The position numbers were made by a program, and so were the translations under genes. From Fimbriosthenelais zetlandica (lineage: Eukaryota), in contig OZ365118.1 in assembly GCA_977030845.1 (NCBI GenBank), positions 1,550,001 to 1,614,000 of the forward strand: a stretch of DNA of 64,000 nt, read 5' to 3'. Position 1 is the stretch's first letter. Each line of letters begins with the position of its first letter. Shown in pieces: positions 13,897 through 26,800 of this stretch. A model generated the notes under the pieces. That model worked only from the letters and a program-made list of their open reading frames with translations. It did no database searches and had not been told where the DNA came from.

Positions 13897-14332
13897 CCCA
13901 GCCCTAATCCTGACAGTGAGACTCACAGTCTAGTCGGGAGGAAATCAAACAATCAGCCCATGTTAATCACGTGCGGCTGTAATTCCATATTCATCCAGAT
14001 CAGATTTAGAGAAACAACAAGAGCCTAAAGAATCACTGCTCACCCGTGAATCCCCCGTCAAAATCCTATCTGACAGGCGGGACACATTCAATTGAGCGTG
14101 GGGCGTAATACGATTCATCTGCCACGTGTATAGACCCTCCAATGCTTATCCCGGGCATGGGGGGGGGGGCGGGGGGGGGGCTTATCCCGGCCCGTCAATG
14201 GGGGGCGCTACAGATGCACATTCCAGCATAGAGTGAAGGCATGACAACTGACATGAAGCCTCCCTGATAAAAAATAGGATTTGGACACTCGTTCATATTA
14301 GTGACTGAGTCATCAGGTCTCCGGCTGACCGA

Positions 14333-14404
14333 GCTCCGTGCTCCGTGCTCCGTGCTCCGTGCTCAGTGCTCCGTGCTCCGTGCTCCGTGCTCAGTGCTCC
14401 GTGC
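14333..14404. repeat. 7-bp microsatellite (GTGCTCC)n, ~10 copies
   Basis: Visible tandem copies. Confidence 0.93.
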
Positions 14405-14555
14405 ATCTACCGTGATAAGAGACTGGCCAACAATGGATGGAATTTACACGACCTCTAATAAAGGTAGAATGGCCGGGCGCTCAGCCGGCTTGGTTACTAG
14501 TATTCACGCTTAGATTCTTTATTACGACCTGTCTGTAAGGCAGCCTAGATTATGT

Positions 14556-14654
14556 GGAAGGCAGCCTGGATGGGGAGGAAGGCAGCCTGGATGGGGAGGA
14601 AGGCAGCCTGGATGGGGAGGAAGGCAGCCTGGATGGGGTGGAAGGCAGCCTGGA
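14556..14654. repeat. 21-bp tandem repeat GGAAGGCAGCCTGGATGGGGA, ~4.7 copies
   Basis: Visible tandem copies. Confidence 0.93.
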
Positions 14655-15576
14655 ACTTGGTGTATTATATTCAATTGCTTCATATTGTATGAACTTCACA
14701 CTAGCTCCCCATCCCGTCTATAGCATATGTAATTGCTCATCCTGCCTTATATAAGTATAATTTAATGATATTGTTAATTATTATTGAGTTAATCACCTAA
14801 TGGTCTCTGTACTCGTGAGTCAATGTTGAGGTCAGTGACTCGGGACCTCCCCACTTACTCAGCCTCACTAAGTCCTAACCACCCTGACAGTAATCACTCG
14901 CCCACCTAGTTTACCCACTCCCCTATCACCTCTCACTCTCAATCCTCTTTGTTTCTCCAGTACCGACTTAAACCCTCTCACGACGAATCATCCGTTAACC
15001 CTTTGTGTCCTGTACAAGGCAATACACCTCCCCTCCATGGCTGTCCCTGTTACCTCCCCCGCTGGCTGTCTCCAGCACCTCCCCCATCTCTAGTGGATAG
15101 CGAGGTGTAGGCCCATGAAAGGCGTGAGAGGATCCACTCATTGTCCCCCTGAGAGTGAATGGCATGGTTTATTGTGAAGACAATAGGTAAATGCATGCCA
15201 TCACATTAGTCGCTCCCCCTCCCATCACTCCAGCTTTATAGCTCTAATGACGCCTGCCCTGGGGAGGTCAAACGATCAGCCTCAGCTATTCCACCAACTC
15301 ACCATCCTCCCCATGAAGCATGCATGCGTGCTAATATTAATGCAGTCTTCTAAAAGCCTTAATTTAATGTTTGACTTTTTCTCGCTCTAATTCCCATGAA
15401 ATATTTAAGATTGGATTCGACACGGCTCTAATTGGAATTCGTTGTTGTTTTCCTAATATTTGGAATTGGATTTTGTTTTTGGATTCACTTTGAGAAATTG
15501 TGCTAATGGAAAGCAGGAAAAGGTCAGGAATGAGGCGATGAGAGATTGAACTTCATGTTATGAGAGGTTCAGCCAC

Positions 15577-15725
15577 AGCCTGGGCCACCCTAGGCTAAAG
15601 TAGTGTTATGAAACAAGCCGAGCAGCCAAAGCCTGGGCCACCCTAGGCTAAAGCATTGTTATGAAACAAGCCGAGCAGCCAGAGCCTGGGCCACCCTAGG
15701 CTAAAGTATTGTTATGAAACAAGCC
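15577..15725. repeat. 53-bp tandem repeat (AGCCTGGGCCACCCTAGGCTAAAG...GCAGCCAA), ~2.8 copies
   Basis: Visible tandem copies with few substitutions. Confidence 0.92.
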
Positions 15726-16220
15726 CCAGGTCTTCTGGCTGTGTGAGACATTGGACTTCATCTTAGAAGACATTACATCTCTAGTAGCAATGCTTTATTG
15801 TCACTGTAAACCATGGGGAGACTGGGCTCATTCTAGCTACAAATTTCAAAAGCAAAAAGGGCACAAAAGGGCCAAAATTCACAGTTGCAGTTGGCAAAGC
15901 TGATGCCAATTTTAAGGAAACATTTTTGTTTTCATACTCGTAATTGTTATTTCGCAAACTTAGCGAGTAACAGTGATTTTCTTTTAGCAGAGTAGTATTT
16001 TTATACACAAATTGCGAAAGTGCGATCAGGTAGAGCGAACCCAGCATGTAGCCTACCACCCAGGGAAGTCTGGGTGGACTGTCTTGTGGCAGCTTACCAC
16101 CCTGATGTAGAGAATCCTTGCCTCATGCCATATAGTCCATGATGAATTGTATGATCCACGAGCCCACGAGTGATACCAATAACACGAGTAGAGATGACTT
16201 GATGGTGACCATCTGTAGGC

Positions 16221-16345
16221 CTTTGTCAGCCTCCAGCCACCTTAACTTAGCCTCCAGCCACCTTAACTTAGCCTCCAGCCACCTTAACTTAGCATGCTCG
16301 CGCTTTGTCAGCCTCCAGCCACCTTAACTTAGCATGCTCGCGCTT
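16221..16345. repeat. Nested tandem repeat: 21-bp unit GCCTCCAGCCACCTTAACTTA triplicated inside the first copy of a 40-bp duplicated unit
   Basis: Visible in sequence. Confidence 0.88.
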
Positions 16346-17137
16346 AATCGAGCACATCAAGGGGAGGAATAGACCCACACAGACACACTCCCACCGGCCA
16401 GATTGGATAGACCTAGCACAAACAAAATCCAATTAGCTTAAGATACTTGCTAAGCTTGTGGGAAGTTTATCACATTGCGGGCTGGAGGGCTCGGGGTGGC
16501 CCATTAGGTGTGTATAGTTTCTTTAAGTCCAAGATGAATAAGGTTGGTTGAGGGGTCTGTGGGGGAGACTGGGGTATTGATGTGTGTCCTGTCTCTGGAG
16601 GACAGAGACCTCAGTGTAATGTGTGGCCAACAAACGCCCCGCCTAGATTAGACTTCTTCCCCAGGCTCCAACTGCTTCTCTCCTCTCTCTCTTTTACTCC
16701 ATCCAGTCTTACAAACAATCTCTACCATAGGGCATTGAGTGTATGTATGTAAATCAGTGGGTTCACTCGACCAGCCAGTATTTCTGCTGAGAAATAGACT
16801 TTCTTACAGAAAAATCTGCTGCTGTTCTGCTTCTCCAAGACCATCAAGAAGGTTTAAATTCTTGCTGATTTTCTTGGATTATCTCCAGGCAAATAATCCA
16901 CTTCCATATTGAAGTAGCCTGAGAGATTTGTGGGGCACGAGTCCCCGGCAGCGAGCAGTTACACGAGTGGGCGATAATTATCTTCTTACATGCATCAAAA
17001 AGTCTCCACACAATCTTCACACAGAATTTCTTATCCACCTTCTCCAATTCAGCAAAACGTACATGCAACATATCATCAAAAGCTTTTCCTGTAGCCGTAG
17101 GATACACTCATAAATTATAAAGCATCCAATTAAAGTA

Positions 17138-17193
17138 GGCCCCGCAGCCGGAACGCGGGCGGCGGAGGAAGTCCGGGGCCTTGTGACGTCACA
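17138..17193. promoter_or_regulatory. Small CpG-rich island with perfect CRE (TGACGTCA, in palindrome TGTGACGTCACA) and ETS-like AGGAAGT
   Basis: TGACGTCA at 17184-17191; GC/CpG-rich relative to flanks; function inferred from motif only. Confidence 0.35.
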
Positions 17194-18926
17194 CCAGAGA
17201 GCAGCTCTCAGGCACTGTGAGCTTTCTACATCTTTAACTTGCTTCCAGGGTGCAAAGACAAAATTACACTGAGACTGTGACTGGAGGAAGAGTGGGTCCA
17301 TACATGGGAGTCCTACTACATCCAGGCCTGTATACAGCTATATATACAGGCCTGTATACAGCTATATATACAGCTCTATATACAGCTCTATGTACAGCCC
17401 TACTGCTCTATAGACTGTAGGCCTATGTGATTCCCATAGAGAGTGTATGTGATTATTTTAAAGCTGTTTGGATGATATATAAGAGGTTCCGTCCCTCATT
17501 TACACTGAAGTCATCAATAACCCACCATACTACTGTAATATATATTGAATCTCTACATCCCGCCCCCCGTCAAGCCTGGTATTGGATTTATAACATGTTT
17601 ACCTTCACCATCACGCCTCAAATTGGTGTTTGTAGCACATATATATGTTTTATGATGACTACCATCCAATCTGTGAATTGATCCTGATAGTGGATTGTTT
17701 TGAATCATTTTCTGAGTGTAATGTATACAATCATGAAGTAGTACAGACATGTATGCCCCACCTACTAACATATATCTCCAGGATACTGAATATTTTACGT
17801 TTTAAGGCTGACTTGTATTTCATATGTTTACAAAAACGAGGTAGCTATGGGGGAAGCAGGGAAATATGGAGAATCTATGTTAAAGGCGGATTTTTCTGCC
17901 TGATCTATGGCCACTAGCTATAAGCAGCCCCTTCTGGTAGTGCAATTTCACTGATCATACTCTTTATGATTCTGGCGCGGATAGTGGCGAGAAATCGATC
18001 AAAGATGAGCACATTCATAGCACCAGGGGGAAATACAGCGCTATTCCATATAGGTCAGCTTGATAATCACTATATATAGTGCATCCTACCTATACAGCCT
18101 TCTCTTTTCTCCCTCTGGTCCACTCAGACAAAAGCCCAGCAGCATATAAATTTTCACTATTGTAGCCTCGCCAATCATTGGTCAGCCCTTCTCCATCATG
18201 GTTCTAACACCTGGGATGGTGGGGGATGGTGGAGGATGGTGAGGGATGGTGGGGGATGGTGGTGATGGAGTAGTAGTGGACATTCCACCCATTCTCCTCA
18301 CTACTCATAGTAAGTGGCTGATAAAGCAGTGTTTACAAACCCCCAGCCTCATTCACCCAGTATCAGCCTATAGTAGGCGGAGACAGGCCTTAGACCGTGA
18401 GATAGACCTAGCTTTACAAGGGTCAGTGCTCACTGCACGAAACAAGGTCCAACCCTTACTGTGTATTGTGCTGAATGGGACCATAGCTTATCCTGAACCT
18501 GCTTCACAAGTCTCAAGTATATGACAAGATTGTAGACCACGACTGCACGGAGCAAGGTTAAGCCATGTTAAGGATTTAATTACATTATTAATTACTGAGT
18601 TTATTAACTTTTTCTTGAATCAAATCATGTTTTGCCATTGGGGTAAGCCTATGTATCGTGTATGTTGTCACACTGTGTCTGTAGCCTCCTCCGTCTCCCC
18701 GCTCTCCCCGTCTATTGATCTCCTAGCCTGCTGTCAAGTTAATAACCCACTCTTGAGAATCAAATCCTTCCTATTATCTCATCCAGGAAGGAGGAAAAAG
18801 GCTGAATGTACTTTGTTGGCTGTGATTTTGACATGAAGCCTATTACGAGTGAATACATCCCTGGTTTTATCTGACGATACTGGTCCCTGTGGATATGTAC
18901 TCACTGATAGGCCCACCCTGCTCCAA

Positions 18927-19094
18927 ACATGGCCACCCCACCAACATCCACCCTCCTCACATGGCCACCCCACCAACATCCACCCTCCTCACATGGCCAC
19001 CCCACCAACATCCACCCTCCTCACATGGCCACCCGCTCAATCCACCCTCCTCACATGCCCACCCCACCAACATGGCCACCCCACCCGCTCAATC
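18927..19094. repeat. 32-bp minisatellite ACATGGCCACCCCACCAACATCCACCCTCCTC, ~3 good plus 2 degenerate copies
   Basis: Visible tandem copies. Confidence 0.92.
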
Positions 19095-19554
19095 AACTTA
19101 ATAGAGTTCCCTTGTTTTTACTTATCTAATATAAATTGATTTTCCTGTGTGGTCTCCACCGTGCAGGGTTGGCCAGTAAAACCCGCTAATGCAAGCAAGG
19201 ACTGAGATAAAGGCAAATTACGGAGCTTGATTAAGAGACTCCCAACATATCGCTTTTTCTAATTGCGTTATTTGTGCTCGTCCCACTGTCCCAATAGAAA
19301 GTGAATTGCGTTGTGTACGAGTTAACGACCTCAGCATCGCTGGGACCGCGCGGCAAGGAACTCAATGTTCCCTGGCCCCGCTCCATGTCAGCCAGTACGA
19401 ATAATGTTTGCTTTCTTCCATTGTAAAATGTCCTTCATTGAATTTGGCAATCATGTTGGGGGCCCACTCGTGACGTTTATCCATCTTTTACGATTCCCCG
19501 TGCCCATGACCCCTGACCTTCCGTATACGCTGTATCTGTGCCTCCCATTCCCCA

Positions 19555-19636
19555 GGGGTATGAATCTTGACTCAGGCTATAGAATGTTCCACTTGATTGC
19601 AGAAGGTCCGAGGTTCAATTCCCCAAGCATTCTCCA
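19555..19636 (+). pseudogene. Decayed tRNA-like sequence (tRNA pseudogene or tRNA-derived SINE head), ends resemble tRNA-Ala
   Basis: GGGGTATG...GACTCAGGCTATAGAATG (A-box-like) ... GAAGGTCCGAGGTTCAATTCCCC (B-box/T-arm-like) AAGCATTCTCCA; compared by eye with the eukaryotic tRNA pattern GGGG..TAGCTCAG..GTAGAGC...GAGGTCC.GGGTTC.ATCCCC.GCATCTCCA; stems are disrupted. Confidence 0.45.
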
Positions 19637-20404
19637 AATTTTCCATTGACCTTTCCTTAGTTTTGGTCATTAAAACCCAGCCATATCTTCCTCCCTCCTC
19701 GGTGAGAGGCCTGTACAATAACCATTGCTGTTCATTGATAAGAGCAGGTCATGAGGCCGGCAGCGGGTTTCCTCCTGGTCGCACATTGACCTGGGTTGTT
19801 GAGCACCCATCAGTGAAGCCTCTCTGGTCTGTAGAGCTACATGAAGGGCGCCCTTTATAAAGGCTATAGCTCATAATGCTGCACGTTTTTTTATAGTGAA
19901 GCTGGAGATGAAGTAAGCCATGTATTTGATGGTAACTGATACACCAATATCTTGACTATATTGGATGGAGCTTCCCTCATAATGCTCACAATAAGCCAGT
20001 ATGTAATATAGTGGGCAGGATGGTTGATTTAGTCCATATATCACAGTATAGCCACCTATTGCCAGCATGTCACACTAACCTATGAGTGTCATTCAGTAAA
20101 TGCCCCCCCTCCTTCACCACCTCTAGTCTGATATAAGGGAGGGTGAGGGGTTAACCTGGGTGATGTGCTTCACTCCCACCCTTCATTATACCCTAGTTAC
20201 AACTAGGCATCCCTTACTGCCCCACGTCCCCTCCCAATTTTTACAAATTGATTTTGCTCTGATCTACTTGGAGGTAATCTGCATTCGGTGCCGCCTACCA
20301 GTCTGGTCTTTCTTGTAGAGCTCCCATACACAATCCCTCACCCCTTGCTCGTCTTCCTCCCTCTATAGCCACCCCCCCCCCCCGCCCCCATTGGATGCTG
20401 CCTT

Positions 20405-20510
20405 CCCCGGCCCTGCCTTTCTCTCCCCCACCCCCGGCCCCTGCCTTTCTCTCCCCCACACCCGGCCCCTGCCTTTCTCCCCCTCCCCCCCCCCACACCC
20501 GGCCCCTGCC
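20405..20510. repeat. ~27-bp pyrimidine-rich tandem repeat CCCGGCCCCTGCCTTTCTCTCCCCCA, ~4 copies
   Basis: Visible tandem copies with variable C-runs. Confidence 0.85.
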
Positions 20511-21200
20511 TACAACTGCTGGTGAGATCTTGGCAGAGTTGCAAAGAGCTGAGGGACGAGAGGAGCACCCCGCCAATTAAAGCCCCTTTGCCGGGCTCTT
20601 TCATAGCATCTGGCAGAGCCCCTACAGTGCATTAAAAGCTATGTCCCCACCGTGTGTCTTCACCGAGTACAGACCCCCCTCACCCCGGCCCCCCCCCCCC
20701 CCTCACCCCGGCCTGGGTCAATACCCACGCCAGTCGTGGACGTGATTCCAGATCTACTCTGCTGCTTTCTCAATACACACGTCCTCAGAGGCTGACAGAA
20801 TATCCTAAATCTCCCGCTTCCCCGACTGATGGCTGAAAGGAAAGAGACCAGTTTAACCCCGCAAACAACGCCATAGTTATTGTGTGGAGAGTTTATTTGA
20901 TCTGGAAGGCAATTGTGAACAAAAAATCAGATGAAAATGAGTAAGCTGAGATTAACCTAATATAAGTGGATGAGGAGATGATGTGTGAGCATGTGTTGTA
21001 AGAGATGGAGGTTAAGTAGCATGGTTTGATGGACATGGTGGTCATGATGACAGGCTTGGTTCAGATCAACCTACTGCTTCCATACCCTCCAGGGTCTCCC
21101 CCTCTACATACATGTACCCCACCATGGGGCTAATACAGTAGTCAGGCATATTAACATGATTATATAGTTATGTATCTAGTACAGTAGTCCACTATGATGG

Positions 21201-21622
21201 GTAGTAGTCATATTAACGTTATTATATACATGTATCTAGTACGTTAGTCAGTAGTAGTCATATTAACATGATTATATACATGTATCTAGTACGTTAGTCA
21301 GTATTAGTCATATTAAGGTTATCATATACATGTATCTAGTACGTTAGTCAGTAGTAGTCATATTAACGTTATTATATACATGTATCTAGTACGTTAGTCA
21401 GTATTAGTCATATTAACGTTATTATATACATGTATCTAGTACGTTAGTCAGTATTAGTCATATTAAGGTTATCATATACATGTATCTAGTACGTTAGTCA
21501 GTAGTAGTCATATTAACGTTATTATATACATGTATCTAGTACGTTAGTCAGTAGTAGTCATATTAACGTTATTATATACATGTATCTAGTACAGTAGTCA
21601 GTAGTAGTCATATTAAGGTTAT
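21201..21622. repeat. 50-bp AT-rich minisatellite (GTAGTAGTCATATTAACGTTATTATATACATGTATCTAGTACGTTAGTCA), ~8.4 copies
   Basis: Copies start every 50 bp from 21201; a degenerate copy lies at ~21137-21190. Confidence 0.97.
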
Positions 21623-23759
21623 GATTAGATGAGTGGTAGAACAGGAAGCCAGGCGTGGAATGGCGCCCGTGCTTTACATGGGTGGCATGTATATATATGT
21701 GGGTAAGGGAGCGGTTAGTTATCCTACTCAATGCTAAGCTCCTCATAAAGGGGATAAGACTAATGACTGCTCCCGGGACGAGCTGGCGAGCAGCTCCCCC
21801 GTGATATACAATATTCACAGAAGCTCAATTGCTCCCTGCCTTACTGAGGACACAGTGTCTGAATAAAATTCACATTACCAACATTTGCATTGGCACTAAC
21901 GTGTTCCTTGCACTGAATACGTTGGCGCGAGGAAAGCCCAGCTTCAAGGTGGTTTTACACTGAAATCAGGCGCGGACCTTTAGCTTGCTTTAAATATATA
22001 TGAAGTTGGTATGTGGGCTTGTGGTGGTCTGAGCCTGGAATGTGTTAACACATCCCTGGTGGAACTTACCATCATCAGATGGAAGCATCTAAACTCCCTC
22101 CTTAAATGTGATTTATATTTACTCATCAATTGCCGCGTCCTGCCCACCAATTGTCTGCCTGTTTGATAAGGCTGGTATAAATTCTCACTATTCCTCTGAG
22201 ATACGTACAAATGTTAGCAGACACACCCCTCATCCTTCTCCACTCCCCGCCTCGCCATACCCCATCTCCGGGGTAGCATTATATCCGTACTGGCATTTAT
22301 ATATTCATGGAAAAAAACATCTGTCTGTATAAGGTGCCTTCAATAAGGAAATCCCATTTAGACGTACCACCAGGGGGGGGGGGGTGTGGGGGGCGGTAAT
22401 GGAGTCTGGGAATACGAGGGCAATGCTGTAACCCCTTTTTGTAACAGATGCCCCCAAAGGGAAAAAACTGAAGGTTAAGAATGATGGAGAGCAACAATTA
22501 AATGACATGTGCATGACACGATCTAATTCGTTTTATGATAGCGTACAAGCCGGCCGGGCTATAGGCCTACATTGTTATTGATCAACCTATACATATACTT
22601 TACCATATGGATGGCAGACCAATTTGTGGGCGGGTATCGGGCCTGTCCCCTGGTGGAGCCGGGGAGGGGGGGTATGTATGCCCTCTCTCTGCCCCCCCCC
22701 CCCCCACCACCCCTCCTCCTCTATTGCTTTAACCATCCTCTTCCAATTCCGCCTTCTCAATGCAGCGAGGCAGAAGTCGAGTTTATTTTCCCTCTGCTCT
22801 CTTCACGGCGTGGGAAATGTTGAAACGGTACAAGGGTGGTTGGGGGGGGGGTGGACTGGTAGTCCAATGGTGGTACAGGGGATGGACCGGTAGTCCAGCG
22901 GAAAGATAGCATTGACTGGTCAACACTGAACGCTATAGTATGAGTATGGAGTCAACCCACCACTTGTCAATGCCCCGGGAGCCGGCCCTGTCTCCCTGTC
23001 TCTGATAGCTCCTGCTCATTCCACCCTGGAGCAGCTCACTAAAGTGTAAAGGGCTCAGACCAGCTCATTCATGCTCCCTGATGCTCAAGTCTTTTGCCTG
23101 ACCACTGACCCATGCTTGGCCCTTTACCAGGGTTCTGTATATATGATGGTACCCTGCCGACATGTCCTCTATACTATACTACAGCAATCTGAGGACAAGT
23201 CATGTCCTCTATTCTATACTACACCAATCTGAGGACATTGAACCAGACTCATCAATATGATAGCCGGTGACAGTATAATACCATGTCACAGTTTATATAT
23301 ACGTTATTTGAACACCAATCAGGATGTCAGTGTCATCTACAATGTCAGGTCATTGACCCTGTGTACATTGATGGATGTTGTTTAGCCGTTTTATAAGTAC
23401 CTACATGAGCTGAGATGAGATGAGATAGCTGTGTCCGGTATAGATGCCCATACTGGTCAGTATGGTCAGTTGACCGGTTGACCAGTCTCGTCAGTTGACC
23501 GGTATGGGTAGAGTAGTACCGGTACAGCGGTATGAAGATGTTCTCTAAACGCGACCGTCCATTATTTCCGGATGGGATGTCTCCACTCTCGCTCACATGG
23601 ATCGAGCAAATCTCCGAGCTGCTCTTTATTGACTGCCTTAGATTGGAAGTCGAGTGGATGAGTGAGCAGCGGGAGACAGGGAGGAGGGGAGGGGAGGGGT
23701 GGGGAGGGGACGGGCAACACGTGGGTGGCTTCCTGTCATTCTATCCTTCCTTCCTTTGC

Positions 23760-23802
23760 TTTACGCCATGTAAGGCGTCCTTTACGCCATGTAAGGCGTA
23801 AT
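23760..23802. repeat. 21-bp tandem duplication TTTACGCCATGTAAGGCGTCC with internal inverted repeat
   Basis: Two visible copies; TTACGCC/GGCGTAA arms in the second copy. Confidence 0.85.
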
Positions 23803-26800
23803 AAGGTGCGTTATTCTTCCATAATGCTCATCTGCTGGTCTGTGAATGCATGGCTGGACATCACAGGCATCGGTGGCCGGACATCAGTGGTTGGCATCAG
23901 AGGCTGGACATCCATCCCAGCTTTACTGACCATGTAGTCTGTAGTAGGGACATCCATCCTAAACTTCTACCCTATGTGACCACCTCACATAATGACCACC
24001 TCACATAACGACCAACTCACATAACAGCCATGTTAAGCTTGCTATCATGTCTACTCTTACCTTTACATAGATCAACAAGACTAGAATTCTTGTCTCGTTG
24101 CATATATCCACTGTAGATTCACTACAGCGATCACATCAGATAACGGTCAGATGAGTGTTGTCCGTGATAGTGAGGTCCTACTGTAGAAGTAAACAGGGTG
24201 ATCAAGTCAACCACTTGGTGGACGTTACAAGCCATCCTGTGAATGGATGGGGCGGCTGGTCCTTCCTTATCGTCCACTGAGTTTGCCAATCTAGTTTAGA
24301 TGGCTGGTGCTGACCCTTGGTTATATAAAAAAGATAAGATATCTCAGCTGGGCTGACAGTGACAGACCAGGAGCCGCGCGGGATGAAGATAAAAGTACCG
24401 GCCATGCATATATCATTTTCTCATTTATTGAGCAGGCAGTACGATAGCTGCACCTCCGTCATTTATCAGGAAGCTCCAGCTTTTACGCCTTGAAAGATTG
24501 GAGATATTGGAGGTTTATAGATGCTCATCTCACATCCGGGAACCTGGTCACATCTAGTGGCCTTTATGTGAGAGAAATTCACAGCTTAGACCATACATAT
24601 AGTGGTACATAGAGGTCGATGACCAGTACAGAACACGGGCCAGTGTTCTGTACTGTCCACTGGCCAGCACTGTCCACAGTCTGGTTCTATGAATCGTGAT
24701 CTTGCTCATTTTAAGTCTGAACCCTAACAGTGAATCCCGCCAGCTGGTCGGCCTGGACAATGGCTATCAGCTTCCCCGTGTCCATTAGTGGTGCTATATG
24801 ATATCTCTACGCTTCCAGCCTTTATATGTTTTTTTCAGCCATGATTCTGCTCAGACTTGGGCCTTCCGTGTATCAAACATTGCTGTATCTGAAAGGTCCT
24901 GTACGACTTTAGACTCATTTCCTGAAAAAACGTCACATATTTAAACAGGATTAATTGAAACGAAATAACCCTTAGCTGAAATTATGATTGGTGACCTGGT
25001 GGTCAGCTTAGATCTCCTCATGCTGCATTATAAGCCCTGAATAACTAACGTAGGTTTGTGGTAAGATAGAAAGACGTGTATATTAGAGGTGTGAGGATTG
25101 AGCTGTGAATGGTAGAGAGAGTGGGTGAGAATCTGTATGCAGGGCGGGCAGGGAGGCAGATGGAAGCTGCGGAAACTGATTCCTGTTGGTGAATTTACAC
25201 TGTAATCTACATAGCTATCAGAACGAGGGCGAACTAGCAATCCTTAACCAACGTGAAGGTTTACTGATCAGCTATACTTCCACCTATATTAGTCAGACCT
25301 TCCTGGTGTACCTGACATTAGGCCTTCATATATCTATGTCCTGCTAATGGCAGATATATTCCTTTTTTCACTTATTTAATTGTTTATACGTTTCTATTCC
25401 TTTGTGAATAATATGATTATAAATTGATAAAGCGGTGGATTAAGAGATTCAGGGTGTGTAGGGGTGGGATTAGGGGATGAACGTTAAGCCTGTAGGGGTA
25501 TATATGTGTAGATGAAGGTGAAGTTAATAACTGGCCGGGAGAGGCGCCACCTGCTCCCCAGGCCTGTCTTATACTGAGGTCATGTTAATCAGTGATATGA
25601 GGGGGGGGGGGGTGGGGGGGGGGGGCAGCACCTCCCAGCCTCACCAATATCACATGCTTACAGCAGTGAGAGTAAAACACCCCCGGCTTTGATCAGACAT
25701 GTTCTTGGCACACCTCCTCCCGTTCTCATGCCAACTTGTTACGTTCTGTCTACGTGCAGTCCCCTCGCTGTACTTGTTTGCCTCACGCATGTTAAGGTTA
25801 TGTCAAGTTTGGCTTTACCTCCACTCCAGGTTTATAGGGAAAACCTTTCACAATCCCTATAATGATTGTATAGATGTAAGGTTTAAATTCCAGTACTGAT
25901 TATTTTCTGTTACAAGAAAACAAAAAGGTTTTAAAGCCAGGATTTGATGTAAGGGAGACATAAATTGTAATTGAAAACCGATCCCAGTCTGGGCTCAGCC
26001 TGGGCCCTAGCCTAGGCACGAGCCCGCTGAGGCAGCCACTAATGCCACTCCTGGGTTAAATTGGGAAAAGGACCCCTCTTAAAAAAGATAGATGCTTTTT
26101 AAATGAGACATGAAAGCCCATCAAAAATAGATGTCAATCCATTCTGAGGACGGGCTTGATTCTATATATTAATAGAGAGGATCAGGTATAGCTCAGTCTA
26201 TGAGGGCGCCTGATTTACAGCCCTCTATGTAAGATTTATGTCACACTGACAGTGAATATTTAAGTATTGAAGTCTCTGGCTCAATGTGGCTGGCTAAGTA
26301 AAAACTCCATGTATCATATATAGGAAGTTTGGCAGAGATGAATGAGGGCTGGGGTGGAGGAAAAACACATCTAAACCTGTCATATCTTCCCCAATCATTC
26401 CTCCCCAATCCTTCCTCTCCCATCATACCTCCCACATCATGCTGCAACTGCAAAACATATACATGTACTGGCTTATGTACATAGGATTTCACTTACCCGC
26501 TCGTATTCATTGTAAGAACATAGAATTATTGATTTAACATATTTACATCCATTTTATATCTAAGTGAGACAGCCCTTAGATATATCTCAATAAGTTAATC
26601 ATTCGTGAATCTCAGCTCTCAGTCTCTCTGTATCACATGTTCAAACTTTGTCTGATTAATTGGGATATACTCAATTATTTTCACAAATACAAACTTTCTA
26701 AGAGTTGTGTGGATTTCAAGCAATTAGACATTGGATGAGCCGGCTTGCTGGAAGCCTTCGTGCCAGCTTCAGTCCCCAGGGCCCGAGGAATGAATTGCCA

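Noticed and set aside
16959-16979. NYRPLV*LL resembling the LINE RT-proximal NYRPISLL motif
   Set aside because: It is interrupted by stops and the following residues do not resemble an RT domain, so it is probably coincidence.
23455-23503. Cluster of GGTCA/TGACC half-sites
   Set aside because: Explained by a local duplication of GTCAGTTGACCGGT.
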